Shown here: piece after piece, positions 13,847-26,708 of the stretch
Numbering within the stretch: the first letter of the stretch is position 1
Layout of the letters: each line of letters opens with the position of its first letter
Assembly (NCBI GenBank): GCA_963575745.1
Contig: CAUYUJ010000298.1
Coordinates: forward strand, 62,001 to 115,697
Origin: Prorocentrum cordatum
Lineage: Eukaryota
Direction: 5' to 3'
DNA length: 53,697 bases
Notes under the pieces: model-generated
What the model saw: the letters and a program-made list of their open reading frames with translations, nothing else
The model's database searches: none
What the model was told of the DNA's origin: nothing
Made by a program: the position numbers and the translations under genes

Positions 13847-14416
13847 TCACCATAGCATCATTTCACGATGCAGGCGAAAACACTCACGCACGAAATCGAT
13901 TGAAATGTCTCTCCCATGACGCGAGACTGCGTTGCAAAATGATATCGTATACGCTGCACTCTCGTGGAGGTGTTTGCCCCCACTCACTCTCCCACTGGCC
14001 TCCTCCCAGAACTTCGCCTTGTTTGGATGATCTCTTTTCCACTGGCGCAAGTTCATGGTGCGAATCAACAAACAGGCGGTTGGCATGTTGGTCAGCAAAT
14101 GCGTGCACTTCGCCATGTCATGGCCAAAACAACCCATCCAAGTTGTGATCACCTTCAGTGTACCACTGCTCGCTGCAATCAAGTCCACCATGCTCGGGTG
14201 AGAGAACATCCAAGAGTTAGCTGGCTGCTCGACAATGACTGATGAGGCAACGTAAGAGTTAGGCGCACACAGGTTGCCAGAAGATCGTTTGTGCACAGAC
14301 GAAGGTGAATAATGAACAAGGTGGTCCTGCCGAGACAGAGTAGCAATATAAGGGACGTGGATCGAGCTGAGGACCTCTCTGGCTGGATTGTTCTGGTCCA
14401 AACGTGCGCCTGCCAA
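13847..14416 (-). pseudogene. Degenerate C5 cytosine DNA methyltransferase-like remnant
   Basis: IVEQPANSWMF resembles motif VI (ENP/EQP); TWMGCFGHDMAKCTHLLTN resembles the motif VIII region; GKHLHESAAYTISFC resembles the C-terminal motif. No PC catalytic dipeptide where expected (LVHYSP|SSVHKRS). Confidence 0.5.
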
Positions 14417-14901
14417 CTGGTGGTGGCCACATCATCGTCGGCGTGCCGGGCTTCTGCTCCGACTCCGACAGTTGAGCTCATCGACGGCGCTCTGAGGCTG
14501 GGCAGCGCTCGGAAGCTGTTCGTGCAACTGGGGGCTGTTTCAACCTCAGGGGCCCAAGAACCAGGACCCAAGGGCCCTAGGCCCAATGGAAGCAGGAGGA
14601 CCCAAGGAACCAGCTAGCAAGACAGACAGGAGAAGAGGGAGGAAGGGAAATCATATGGAGTTGAAACAAACAAGGCTTAGAACAACCGAAAGACAAGAGA
14701 AGGAATGAAAACTAAGAGGAGGAAGCCTTTCACGAAGCGAGTCTATGGAGTGAGGAGGCAGTGGTTCAACACCGTGGTAATCCCCCACGGCACACACACG
14801 CCCGGCATGACCCCCAGCACGACCCCCGACACCCCCCCTCCCCAATACACACACGCGAACCCCTAGGCGCCAGAAATATTGATGGCCATGCGGCCGTGCT
14901 C

Positions 14902-16410
14902 TATCTTTCTTTCTCGGTGTTTCCTCTCTCTCTCACTCTCTTTCTCTCCCTCTCTGAGGCAGTCGATTCACATGCGCTTCGCCACCACACTCTCGGACGC
15001 CAAAGGCCTCCACGGTAGCATCTGAGACCCCCCCAAAGCCCCAAGAGGATTCCATATGATAAGCGAGATGCGCGTTGTGGGGTCCTGGCAACGATTTGCA
15101 ACATCCGCTTCGGGGTGTAACAAACGGCATGTGATTGCCAAACTGCGCTCGCAACCGGCCCCAAGAGAACCCTTCAACAATTTTTCCAGCACATTGGCGA
15201 CGATGTCGTGTCAAATCTGCCCCGAACCTCCTTTCTGGGCCCTCCCGGGCCCCCCCTGCCCGCCGCTCAAATCCCTCTCTCACCAACCCCCGAAAACTGT
15301 CGTTTCAGATCTCAATAATGCCGCTACGGAAGGAGCGTCAATGTCTAGTCCCGATTTGGGAGCTGAAACTCAAGATCAGGCGGCACTGGCGCGTGCTGGT
15401 GAACATCTTTGGGCCCACCTCGGTCCACCTACTTCATGCCATGCAAAAAGGCCCACGCAACGCTTTGGTGTAGGGAACATGTGGAAAAACCTATCCAGTC
15501 GCACAACACTTGCATGTCGGCTACATTGCGGCCCCAGTCGTATCTTTCTTTCTCGGTGTCACTCTCTTTCTCTCCCTCTCTGAGGCAGTCGATTCACATG
15601 CGCTTCGCTCAATTCCTCTACTCTAAGTCGTTCGATTGTTCTCATCGGCATTTTTCTACTAAGGCCTCCACGGTAGCATCTGAGACCCCCCCAAAGCCCC
15701 AAGAGGATTCCATATGATAAGCGAGATGCGCGTTGTGGGGTCCTGGCAACGATTTGCAACATTATGGCGACATTTTGCTTCGGGGTGTAACAAACGGCAT
15801 GTGATTGCCAAACTGCGCTCCAAAATAGCCTCGCAACGCCAACACCAATCCTCACGATCCCCAAGACGGCCCCCCTCTGCCCCCAACCACCCCCCAAGAC
15901 CCCAAACCCCCCAAGAAGCCCCGCGACCGCCCCACGACATTTCCGCGACATTTCCGCGACATTTCCGCGACATTTACGCGACAATTCCGCGACAATTCCG
16001 CGACAATTCCGCGACAATTGGTGACGATGTCGTGTCAAATCTGCCCCGAACCTCCTTTCTGGGCCCTCCCGGGCCCCCCCTGCCCGCCCTTGCTCAAATC
16101 CCTCTCTCACCAACCCCCGACCGCCCGAAACTGTCGTTTCAGATCTCAATAATGCCGCTACGGGCGCAAGGCAGCGTCAATCCAGTCAATAGTCCCGATT
16201 TGGGAGCTGCTCCTCCCACTTAGCTACCAGATCAGGCGGCACTGGCGCGTGCTGGTGAACATCTTTGGGCCCACCTGGTGGGATGGCAGAGCCTACTTCA
16301 TGCCATGCAAAAAGGAAAGCCACGCAACGCTTTGGTGTAGGGAACATGTGGAAAAACCTATCCAGTCGACATCTTGCATGTCGGCTACATTGCGTGAGTG
16401 CTCGGGGTCG
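14902..16410. repeat. Imperfect tandem duplication (about 14902-15540 and 15541-16410) covering the 3' end of the transposase-like gene
   Basis: Both copies begin TATCTTTCTTTCTCGGTGT and share long blocks (e.g. AAGGCCTCCACGGTAGCATCTGAGACCCC; CACGCAACGCTTTGGTGTAGGGAACATGTGG). The first copy has many small deletions. Confidence 0.9.
15935..16020 (+). repeat. 11-bp minisatellite (CGACAWTTCCG), about 8 copies
   Basis: Directly visible. Confidence 0.9.
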
Positions 16411-19400
16411 CTGTGTTGTGTGAGAGAACCTATCGAAATGTACTGTGACCGACCTGCCATCAGGGAGAACTTGCGTAACAGGAATGCCTGCGAAATCTGG
16501 CTGGAGCGCAACTACTGACGGCATTGGTCCAAGCAACATGGGCATGCCTGGTGCGCCTGGGAGCGCGCCTGGCCCGACGGCATCGGCATCCATGATGGCT
16601 GCAGGGTCAGCTAATACATCAGGTGCCGTGCCCTTCAAGAGAGAAACAAAAAACTCATTTTTCTTTGAAGTGACATCGGGGCCTAATTCCTCGACCACTG
16701 TCAAATCTTCTAGCTCCAAGAGGCATACGAAATAATGATGCGGGCACTTGCTGTACATCGCAGAGAGCCCCTTCAAAAACACCCCTGCATAGAAACATAG
16801 CGCAGCGAGCCGTGCTTTAGACCCCATGACCCATCGTGCATCAATCTGTCGGATGGTATCGAGCGTGATGGTCTCTTCCGCCCAAACACCCAACCCGAAC
16901 GAAGCAAGTTGACTAGCAAATCAATTCGGGAAGCCTTGCCCCATGGTTCACATCGCGTCGGCCCAGCAGCGATTGTGCCAACGCAAGAATACGAATGCCT
17001 CAACACGACACCCAATCCAGCGGCATTCAACCTGTGAGTTGGGGGTCTTTCGACAATCGGGCCGTTTGGCTGGTTTTGCTGGGGCCCCCGGGGCCAGATG
17101 GCTCTAGGGACTCCAGCAACACCAGCTAGAGGAAGATGAGGAGGGGGAGGAGGAGAAGGATGAGGAGCAGGAGTGGAGGGTTGAGGAGGAGGAGGAGGAG
17201 GAGGAGGAAGGAGGAGGAGGAGAGGAGGAGGAGAGGAGGAGGAGGAGGAGGAGGAAGGAGAAAGAACCATATGATCTTGTTCAGTCGAGTTTGAAACATA
17301 CCAACGAGAAGGAAGATGAGTAGAAGGATGAGGAGGACGAGGAGGAGGAGGATGGTGTCTCTGGCCACGCCATCGGAAAGGGGGGGCGGATGATAAAGTC
17401 TTGGGTGGGTTGTCTACTCCTCCCTGATCTCCACCTCCTGCGAATACTGCTGTCCCTCCTCATCCTCCCCATCATGTTTCTGTCGTTATTTTGGATCAAG
17501 CCATGTTGGATCAAGCTCCCCCCTGACATTATCTAACCCCCTGGGCACTTGTACAATGTCTCGCCGAACTCATCCAGCTCGGTTGATATAGCATTTGACT
17601 CCACCAAATCTTGTAACTCTCTGATGTTGACATGGGGAATATCCATGAAACTGGCAACGCCGCCTCTGTCCACGATTGCGTCCACTATGCTCTGCTTGCG
17701 GTTTGCTAGCGCGAGCACTCCAGCGTCTGCGAGCATGTCTTCTGGGGGCGGAGCGATTGCAGGTGGCGGCAAAGGGTGTGAGAGCTGGGGCTGGGCACGT
17801 TTCTTCAAGACAACTTCTTTCATGGACGCACAGCTGTGGCATGTAACCCAAGACATAATATCTGCAACTACGCGCTGAAAAACTACAGGGTCGCTCCACA
17901 CCTTGAGTGACACCTTGGTTGACCCATCCTGCTTAAAACTTTAAGCGCACATCACGACCGTCTTGGACAACATTCATACCGATAACCTCGACGACCCCTG
18001 ACTGAGGAGCAATGTGGCACTGCTGCACCACTGTGTGGTCCTCTGGGTTTGGATTGACCACGTACAAGAATCGATGACCGTGTATTTCGGGTGCGTGAGG
18101 TGGCGGCGGCACTACAGCCACAGTCTCCACAACGGTCCTCACATCTGGATCTCCTGCCTCTGGGTCTGGAAGAACAGCCAAATCGTACAAAACATTGGGC
18201 ACACTGAAAACAGAACCTGCTGGGAAACGACTCTTCAACCAACCTACTACGATAGACTGGTTTGACGTCAATGGAAGGGCCCGCTTGATACGCTTGTCGT
18301 TTCGCATGTGTTCCCATTTGTCGTGGGCATCGGCCTCAGGACCCGCGTCAGGATGCAACGTGTCTACTCCGAAGCCATACGTCATCGCATATCGTTCTGA
18401 GTAAGTTCGAGGCAGCTTGGCATCGGGGCACAGAGGTTTTAGAAGAATGTCCCAAATGTATTTAGACCACATCAAACGGAAAAACTTATCCCCCTCCTCG
18501 TCGTCGAGCATGCTGATTGCATGCTGATGTCGCAAGTATGCGCAGATAGTAGCTGGCTTGAATCCAGATGCTGGGCCAGAGATCGCACTATGGACCTGAG
18601 AATGCAATTGCTCCACAGGTGTCTCGTCTTGCGCCGAGGCTGCAATTTCTTGAAACTCCACAAAGAGCATCGGAAAATCTTGGAGACTGGTGGCACCATC
18701 TGGAGCATTGGAATACACCTCGCACATGTGGCGCAAGCTGCTCCCCTGTTGCAAAATCCTGAGGCTCCGGGAGTGCTGGCGGTTGGGGTCCTAAGGGAAG
18801 AGGAAGTGTAGTGGTAGGCGTGCACCCAACCCCCCAATACGATAACCTCCCAGCCCCTGGGCTATCATGCTATCTACTTTGCTGTAGAGGTATACTAGGC
18901 AATCAAATGGCGTTGTACCTACGGCCCCCGCACGCACGCGTCGCTCAAACCTTGAACGCCAGAGATACGTATCACAACAAGGGCTCGCATGCATATACTA
19001 CGACAAGGGCCCTGGGGGGATCTCCGAGGTCAGAACACAACTACATGCAAACGCACTTGGGGCTACAAAGCAATGTGGATACAAAGCAACACAAAGCACC
19101 TTATCTTCACGCTTCGCGCTGTATGCGTTATCTTCGCGCCCTCGCGCTGACCGCAGGAAGAAGCGACCTCCTGGGCCAGACCGTGGCGCGCGAGGCTAGC
19201 AAGTCAAACAGACGTGGGGTTACAGCTATCGGGAGCAGCCCGGGTAGAATGCGCATTCGAGATGTGAACGCTCTCACTACTACACCCCAATCCCTGCATC
19301 CAACCAGGGTCCCACCATATTTTTTTCTTTATTGCTCCCTCCCTCCTCGATGGCATCAAATTCCCTCACGCAGTCTCTTAGGCACCCCTTGCTCTGCGCT

Positions 19401-21899
19401 TCGGACGCCCCCATGAATTGACCAAACACGCCAGCCAGACGCTGAGGAAGATGCTCATGGTAAGACATCTTGCCAGTTACAGTAGCTATGAGCCTGACCT
19501 CCACTCTCTCCTCGAAACTTTTCACTGCCTGGAAAGGCCCAATGGGAGTACGGACTAAGAAGTCTTGCAATGCCTCGCTCTGGACGCTGGATAACCGTTC
19601 GCAGATCTTGCGGCATTCCCCGAGCGCAAGCAATCCAGACCACCTGGGAGCGTGCAGTTTGAGTGCTAGGGCAAATCGCAGGGGGGGAGGGGCGGGCGCA
19701 TCAAACCACCATTGAACTACGCCCACCTTGAAACTCGCGCGACTCTGTAGCATCATTCGCCAATGCGCGCAAGATCCGAGGTGGCCGCAGTTACGTGATG
19801 GTTCCGACTGTGCCCCCCCCCCCAACACGTGCTATGTACGAAAGTGTTGCGCCGAGGACCTCCCCATCCAAAAACAACGCGCTGGCTTTTTTTCATCGGC
19901 AGCTGCGATGCCTCTCTTGCGCTACCGATGTTTCCCAGCTCTGGTCGCCGCAGGCCTCTTATCTAAATCGACGTCTGCGTGGCAAGGGCACGACGACAAC
20001 CTCCTCGTTTCCTTGCCTACGGCAGACGAGACGAGCAAGATCACGAGGGTCAATCCGAACCACGTGGAATCGGAACACACCTTCCTGAGATCTCGAGCCT
20101 CTTGCTCTGCGAAGACCCCCTCGTAAACCTGATGCAGAACAAAAAAAAACAAAAACATCGTTCCTCCTCGCCCTCCTGCTTCTTACCACCTGCTTCCTTT
20201 GCTCCCTCTCGCCCCCCCGTGCACCTCCTTTCCCGCACGCCAGTCCTCCACTCCTTGCGTCGTTGTTTCGCCCAGGCGAGGTCTAACAACACGAATGTTT
20301 GTTGGGGCTCGAAGTGCAATCGAAGATGTGCATGCTAATGGACCCCTCTCCCCCTCGCGCCAATGACCCCACATGCAACTTTGGATAGGGTGTGCCTACC
20401 CCTCGTGCAGTGCCTGTTGGAAGTCAGTGCTGTCCCTTGGCTGGTAGGACTGAGAGTGAGAGAGAGGAGGAATGAGCACGACGGAGAGGGGGGAGAATTG
20501 AGAGAGATTGAGAGGACAAAGGAGGAGGAGAAATGAGACAGGAAGGCTTGCGTGCGCATTATAAAAGGACGCATGCCTGAATATCCCAGTACCTCACAAA
20601 GATTGGGTGCGCCAGCACCACCCAGCACAGCAAGTCCTCAACGAATTCCCATTTCCAATCTAAGAAGGATTGCTTGATTTTGTTCACGGTGTCTATCTCT
20701 ATCTTCGGAGCGCCTCTCATGCATCGGCCAACGAAACGAGTTCGGTATTCTGATTTGCCAAGCAAGCCCAATAGAGTATTGAGCGCAGCCTTCCAGTCAT
20801 CGTACTCGGGCTGCTTCACCACAGACTCCTTCAACGCATTGAAAAATATGTGTTTGTGTCCGATGTGCTCAATTGCGTCTGGAAGGAACTGCACGTCCCG
20901 GGAGGCAGGATCATTAAACGATATCTCTCCTGATTCTAACTTGTTGATCGCATCGAGGAGGCTTCCGTTCTCAGAATACAGGAGCGGCGCTGTGCATATC
21001 TTTCGTTCGGTACCCTGATCGGAGAGAAAACCAGAAACTTGGCACCTCCACTCTGGGAAGAGATCGCCGCTCTCGAGTGCCGCTGCGAACATTAACTTGC
21101 AAGTTTTGTTGACGGTTGCTGAGTCCCTGCTGCCCAGACAACTGACTGGTAGCATCCGCCGCTCCCACCGAAAACCGCCAAGCGGGTCGTCGCGCTTGAG
21201 GGGCTCCATCAAGTCCCGCTCCATGACAACCTCGTGGGCCATGAAGTAGTCGTAGCCTCCTTGGGGGCTGCTGTCGATGGTAATGTATCGAGAGATGCGC
21301 ACGTCACGCCCTTTCTCAAGTAGCTTCCTCCTCCACAGCATCAAGATAACATCTGATCGAACGAAGTTTCTGGCAGTAGTAACCCTGTGTGGAACGCGCA
21401 TCGCTCCCTCATCGATCTCCTTGGCGATCGTATCGGCCGCGGGACGGCCGAGGAGTGCCCTGGCACAGATCTTAAAAGCATCCTTGGCACGATCAGGGTT
21501 TCGAAGCAGGCGATGAAGTTGCATGCAAGCGATCATCGTGTCCACTGTATACTTCCCCCTGTCAGTCATGTACGATGCTTCGTCATCCTCATCATCATCC
21601 TCAACGGCTGGGGCGGCCTCTCCCTGGAGGCTTGCCTCCTCCTGCTCTGGCAACTCAGCTGCAACATCACCAGCGGCGCTCCCTGGTCCGAGACCTTCGG
21701 CAAGCCTGTGCTCTAGGTGAGCACCCGCCTTCGCAGGGCACTGCCTGTTGCACCCCGCAGCGCATATCCCTTGCCCCATGTCAGGAGCTCGCTTGATGCA
21801 CTGGGGATCGTGCCCGAAAGGATTGCTCAGATTTTCGCTCGAAGATTCCAGGCTGCATCCACGTGCGTACGAGGCCGCACGGCTACGGGGGTGGAACAC
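16186..21899 (-). pseudogene. Multi-exon DDE transposase-like gene (hAT/P/MULE-type RNase H fold), disrupted
   Basis: Predicted in-phase exons: ?-20577, 20128-19860, 19643-19346, 18790-17549, 17031-16186, with GC, GT, GA and GT donors and AG|G acceptors. Motifs YITIDSSPQ (D1), FLSDQGTE (D2), GHKH, CPCH, ETPVEQLHS (E) and a C-terminal C-x2-H-x2-C...H. TAG at 19922-19924; single-base frameshifts near 17935 and 16883. 5' end uncertain. Confidence 0.65.
17128..17352 (+). repeat. (GAG)n purine-rich tract in predicted transposase intron
   Basis: Directly visible. Confidence 0.9.
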
Positions 21900-21966
21900 C
21901 GGGCCCCAGGGACTAGAAAACTATGGGGCTATGCGCGGTAGCGGGGTGCAAGAGGGGTGCCCATCC

Positions 21967-22656
21967 CTAGCAGTTCGCCAGTGGAATGCTGGCCTGCAGC
22001 CCCAAGAATCTCACGTGGAACTCTGGCGCGACGATGACGGCGCCAGCAACCAGTTCGCGGGGAAGAACAGTGTGAGGCAATATCCACAGACGTCCCAAGC
22101 CTGCCCTAGCGCTGACGCCCTCCCCCGGCGACGACAACAGCTCGTGGACAGTTTGGCCAAGCATGTGCCCAGCAGGGTCTGGTGTGGCCATTACGCCAGT
22201 AAGTGCATGCCAAACGTGCCCAGAGATCTTCTGCACTCCAAGAATGTTCTGGCCATCGCGGATGAACCCATTCAGCGCATCTCCTGAAAGAGTTAGTGGC
22301 GGATTCAACATAAAAACATCACGCAGTTCGATAGCAATGTATTTCCGAGCGTTGGCAGAAGCTTTGGCATGAGGCTTGGCCCCACAAACCGAAAACCACG
22401 ATTGCCAAGCTCCTTGCTGACGTTGTTCTTCCTCCGTGGTGCCAACTGGCCTCTCTGGGCACAACGCCACGACGGCCTGGACAATGCGATCGCACTTGCG
22501 AGAAAAAGTCGGGTCGAAACGGTTAACGCCATCGTCAGGCTTCAGCGATACAAGCAAAATGTGGCCGTGCTTACGGCGCCGATCGGGGCGGCGAGGGGGG
22601 CCTCCACTGGGAGCGGCCCCGCTGCCGATCTGCGGTCTGACCGCAGGAGGAAGCAT
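21967..22656 (-). CDS. Possible first exon of the transposase-like gene, or a separate 229-aa hypothetical ORF
   Basis: ATG-initiated ORF immediately upstream on the same strand, protein-like composition; splice join not established. Confidence 0.35.
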   Translation of the reverse strand: MLPPAVRPQIGSGAAPSGGPPRRPDRRRKHGHILLVSLKPDDGVNRFDPTFSRKCDRIVQAVVALCPERPVGTTEEEQRQQGAWQSWFSVCGAKPHAKASANARKYIAIELRDVFMLNPPLTLSGDALNGFIRDGQNILGVQKISGHVWHALTGVMATPDPAGHMLGQTVHELLSSPGEGVSARAGLGRLWILPHTVLPRELVAGAVIVAPEFHVRFLGLQASIPLANC

Positions 22657-25600
22657 GCTTGCGCCAAAATGGCTGAGGCCCCGAGGAACGGCCAGGTCAG
22701 GGTGGAGGGTGGAGGGATAGAAAAGTCCGCTGACCCCATTCGGGGTTTCAAGGCTCGCGGTCCAGCTCCTGAGCAGGTCGTTTTTTATCTTTATTGCAAG
22801 GTCATGGGCCCCTGCCCCCGATATGCTTACGGGTCGTCGTGGGCAACTTCAAAAAAACATTGTCGGCATCATCCCCTGGAACAAACGTTGGAAGATCACT
22901 GCGATGATCTGAAATGTTTGCACAGTGCCTTTTGCCCCTGCCCGATGCGCCTCAAACGCGACAGCGCAGTGGGGGGTGGTCATCGCAGCCCCCCCTTAAC
23001 GTCAGAATTGAAGCGAACGAAAGCGCGCCCATCGTGCGGTGCTAAAGCTCGGTTAACGTATACGTGTTCGGCCGTGTTCATATTTTACACCAGATGTTGC
23101 GACCGTGCGAACGACGGATGGGGGCGGATCAGGCGACCCTAGGTTTTGGATTAGTTAGCGGGTTTCAATGGGGGTCATCCAACGTGCACGCGTTTAACCT
23201 TTGGTTTGGTGGATGTGTCTTGGTGTTTAAATTGCGCCGCACTTGAAGCTGCAAGGATATGGACGGGGTGTGAAGTCCACGTGCCCTTTCGGACGGTGTG
23301 TGGCCACCATCGATCATGCATTTTTTGAAAATTCAACATATTGTAACGCTTGTTTGGGGGGGAGAAATTTCGAACCATTCCAAGTTTTGCCTACCGATGA
23401 TGTTTGTCGGATTGTGGTCAGAAGTGGCTAAGTACTTCGAACCAAGTTCTGTTTCGTTAGCCTGCATGCGAACTTGCGATTTCGTCTTGCTGCCACCCCC
23501 GCTCTGGTGCCGTTTTGGCACGCGCAAAAAATTCGAGTCGACCTTCCGATGCCGCCAATCTAACGGCGGCCCGTCTGTGCCGCGCCGTCGATCCTCGACT
23601 TCTCCTCGACTTTGAGCGGACGCAGGGTCTAGTCGTGCACTCCCTTACTCGAAACCGCCGATCCCGCCCGTGTGCTTTTTAGCAGTAAAAGATACCCGAT
23701 CGAGCTGAGATCAAGATGGTCAGCAGAAATAAGATCAAATATCACGGGAATAAATACAAGATCTCAAACGAATTGAGGAATTCCGAGAACAAAATTTTCA
23801 ACCGACCAAATGTGAGCAAAAGGTCCGTCGAGATTTTTCTTGCCAACTAGCTCTCCAGCGCGCCAGAATTATTGGGCGCCGGCGGTAAACCGTCAACCTT
23901 CGTTACCGCCGGGGGACTCGTAGAGCTTCCTGACAACATATAATGTCGAAAAAAAATTACACTGAAAAAATAGTTTTTCAGCCCAAGCAATTTCAGACCT
24001 CTCCGATGTAACAGCCGAACGCCCCCGATGCTTCTGGATTCTCTTCTGTACGAGCTCTGTAGCTCTCCTACAGCCCGAGTTACGTGCGTAAATCGACAGC
24101 ACCTCTCAAGATTACTCGAATAATACGAATAGTTTCGCAAACCTAGCTCGAGTATCAGACCGAGTTCAGACCTCTGCATGCGACAGGCAGACGCGTCTGA
24201 TGTCTCTGAATCGATTCCTGTGATTACCAGCCCTGCAGCCCCCCCTACAGCCCGAGTTAAGTTCAGGAAACCGACAGCACCTCTCAGGATGACTCGAACA
24301 ATACGAATAGTTTCGCGGAGCTAGTTCGGGCAGCAGACAGAGTTCGAAGCTCTGGATTCGAAAGGCGGACGCACCTGATGTCTCCGAATCGATGCCAGTG
24401 ATTACCAGCCATGCAGCCCCCCCACAGCCCGAGTTGAGTGCAGAGAACCGACAGTATCTCTCAAGATGACTCGAATAATACGAATAGTTTTGCGGACCTA
24501 GCTCGGGCAGCACACCGAGTTCAGAGCTCTGGATTCAACAGACAACGGCCACTGATGATTCTGAATCAGATTCTGTACGTATCAGCTCTGAAGCTGTCCT
24601 GTAGCTCGAGTTAAATACAGAAAGCCGAGAGCGCCTGTCAAGATGACCCGAATACTACGAATAGGTTTGCGGACCTAGCTCGGCTAGCAGACCAAGTTCA
24701 GACCTCTGGGTTCAACAGGCGAACGCGGCTGATCATTCTGACACCGATTAGCTGTGCTTACCAGCTCTGTAGCTGTCCTAAAGCTCGAGTTACCTTGAGA
24801 AAACCGGCAGCGCGTGACAAGATGACCCGAAACGGCCGATCCCGCCTGGACGCTTTTTGGCAGTAAAACGTACCCGATCGAGCTGAGATCAAGATGGCGA
24901 GCGGGAATAAGATCGAATATCACGGGGAAAAATAACAGAGGTCTAACGAATTGTTGAATTTCGAGAACGAAATTTTCAACCGAGCAAAAGTTGTCAAAAA
25001 TGGGCGCCGGCGGTAAACCGTCAACCTTCGTTACCGCCGGGGGAATCGTAGAGCTTCCTGACAACATATAATGTCGAAAAAAATGCTGAAAAAAATATTT
25101 CTTTCAGCCCAAGCAATTTCAGACCTCTCCGATGTAACAGCCCAACGCCCCCGATGCTTCTGGATTGTCTTCTGTACGAGCTCTGTAGCTCTCCTACCGC
25201 CCGATTTACGCGCGTAAATCGACAGCACCTCTCAAGATGACTCGAACAATACGAATAGTTTCGCAAACCTAGCTCGAGTATCAGACCGAGTTCAGACCTC
25301 TCCATGCGACAGGCGGACGCGTCTGATGTCTCTGAATCGATTCCTGTGATTAACAGCCCTGCAGCCCCCCTACAGCCCGAGTTAAGTGCAGGAAACCGAA
25401 GCACCTCTGAGGATGACTCGAACAATACGAAAAGCTTCCTGGCAAAAGTCGTCAAAACGTCCGTCGAGATTTTCCTTGCCAACTAGCTCTCCAGCGCCCC
25501 GGAACTGGGAGCCGGCGGTAAAGCTTATGACAGTTATAATGTTGAAACAAAATTGCAGAGACCCACTAGTTTTTCAGCCCAAGCGATTTCAGACCTCTCG

Positions 25601-26345
25601 ATGCAACAGCCTAACGCCCCCGATGCTTCTGGACTGTCTTCTGCACGAGCTCTGTAGCTCCCCTACAGCCCGAAATACGCGCGTAAAACGACAGCACCTC
25701 TCAAGATGACTCGAAGAATACGAATAGTTTCGCAAAACTAGCTATCAGAAAACTGCCAGCACCTCTCACGATCACTCGAACAATACGAATAGTTACGCAA
25801 ACATAGTTCGGACAGCAGACCGAATTCGGAGCTCTGGATTCGACAGGCGGACGCGTCTGATGTTTCAGAATCGATGCCTGTGACTACCAGCATTGTAGCC
25901 CCCCTACAGCCCGAATAAAGTAGAATCAAGATGACTCGAAAGGGCCGATCCCGCCGGAATGCTTTTTGGCAGTAAAAGGTACCCGATAGAGCTGAGATCA
26001 AGATGGCGAGCGGGAATAAGATCGAATATGACGGGAAAAAATACTAGAGCTCTAACGAATAGTGAAATTTCGAGAACAAAATGTTCAACCAACGAAAAGT
26101 CACCAAAAGCTCCGTCGAGATTTTTCTTGCCAATGGCGCCGGCGGTGAACCGTCAACCTAGTCACCGCCGGGAACCTCGTAGAGCTCCTTGCATCCGTAA
26201 GAGAGCTCAGCATCAAAGCGAGAGCTCCTGGGAGCTTTTCTGCGAAAACTTGAAGTTAAGAATTTTCGGAGTTAACATGAAGTCGGTTCCTCCAAGTGAA
26301 CTGGTACTAAAAATGATTCTAGAAGGCTGAGCTGCTCAGGGAACA

Positions 26346-26631
26346 ACTTGGTAGCGTCGAAAACCCGGAGAGCGAAGAGACCGTCAGAAGGGGGAAATCT
26401 TTCCTCGAGAGCGCTGGGGGCCTCCCCTGCAGCGCTGTCGAAGTGCTGCCAGGAACGCTTCGACACGTGCCTGCACGCGTGGAGGCACACGTGGCAGCGC
26501 CACCGAACCCGCTGCCGGCTCGCCGGAGCTTCTGCGAGGCCTGTGGACCGCCGTGAAGGAGCTCCTGGCGGGCACCACCACCGTCAGGCTTCTAATCTTA
26601 AACCCTTTAGCTCTCAGCGAGCTCTCCGGGA
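26346..26631 (-). mobile_element. 286-bp GC-rich non-autonomous element with asymmetric inverted repeats (family D, one copy here)
   Basis: CCCGGAGAGC (26364-26373) / GCTCTCCGGG (26621-26630); flanks rejoin GAACA|AAGTT of a B element, no TSD. Confidence 0.7.
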
Positions 26632-26708
26632 AAGTTAATATGTCAATGCTCGAGGTAAAAATCTGCTTTCTCAAAATGAATTGTCAAACTGGCGCCGGCG
26701 GTGAATCG

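Larger units (their letters stand above)
9936..23646 (-). mobile_element. Gene-bearing island, probably a degenerate, left-truncated DNA transposon (or several adjacent elements)
   Basis: Unique sequence bounded sharply by Helentron-like repeat (..AACTTGC| at 9935; |ACTCGAAAC at 23647). Contains a DDE transposase-like gene and three other minus-strand genes. No convincing TIR pair or TSD; the left end cuts an ORF. Confidence 0.55.

Noticed and set aside
22369..23142. 257-aa plus-strand ORF
   Set aside because: It overlaps the minus-strand ORF, has no recognisable motif and runs opposite to all supported genes.
9933..23639. 8-bp inverted match TGCACGAC (9933-9940) / GTCGTGCA (23632-23639) as TIRs of the island
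   Set aside because: The match is short, the left copy overlaps repeat bases and an interrupted ORF, the right copy is 7 nt inside the junction, and the flanks are not a contiguous target or a TSD. Unproven.
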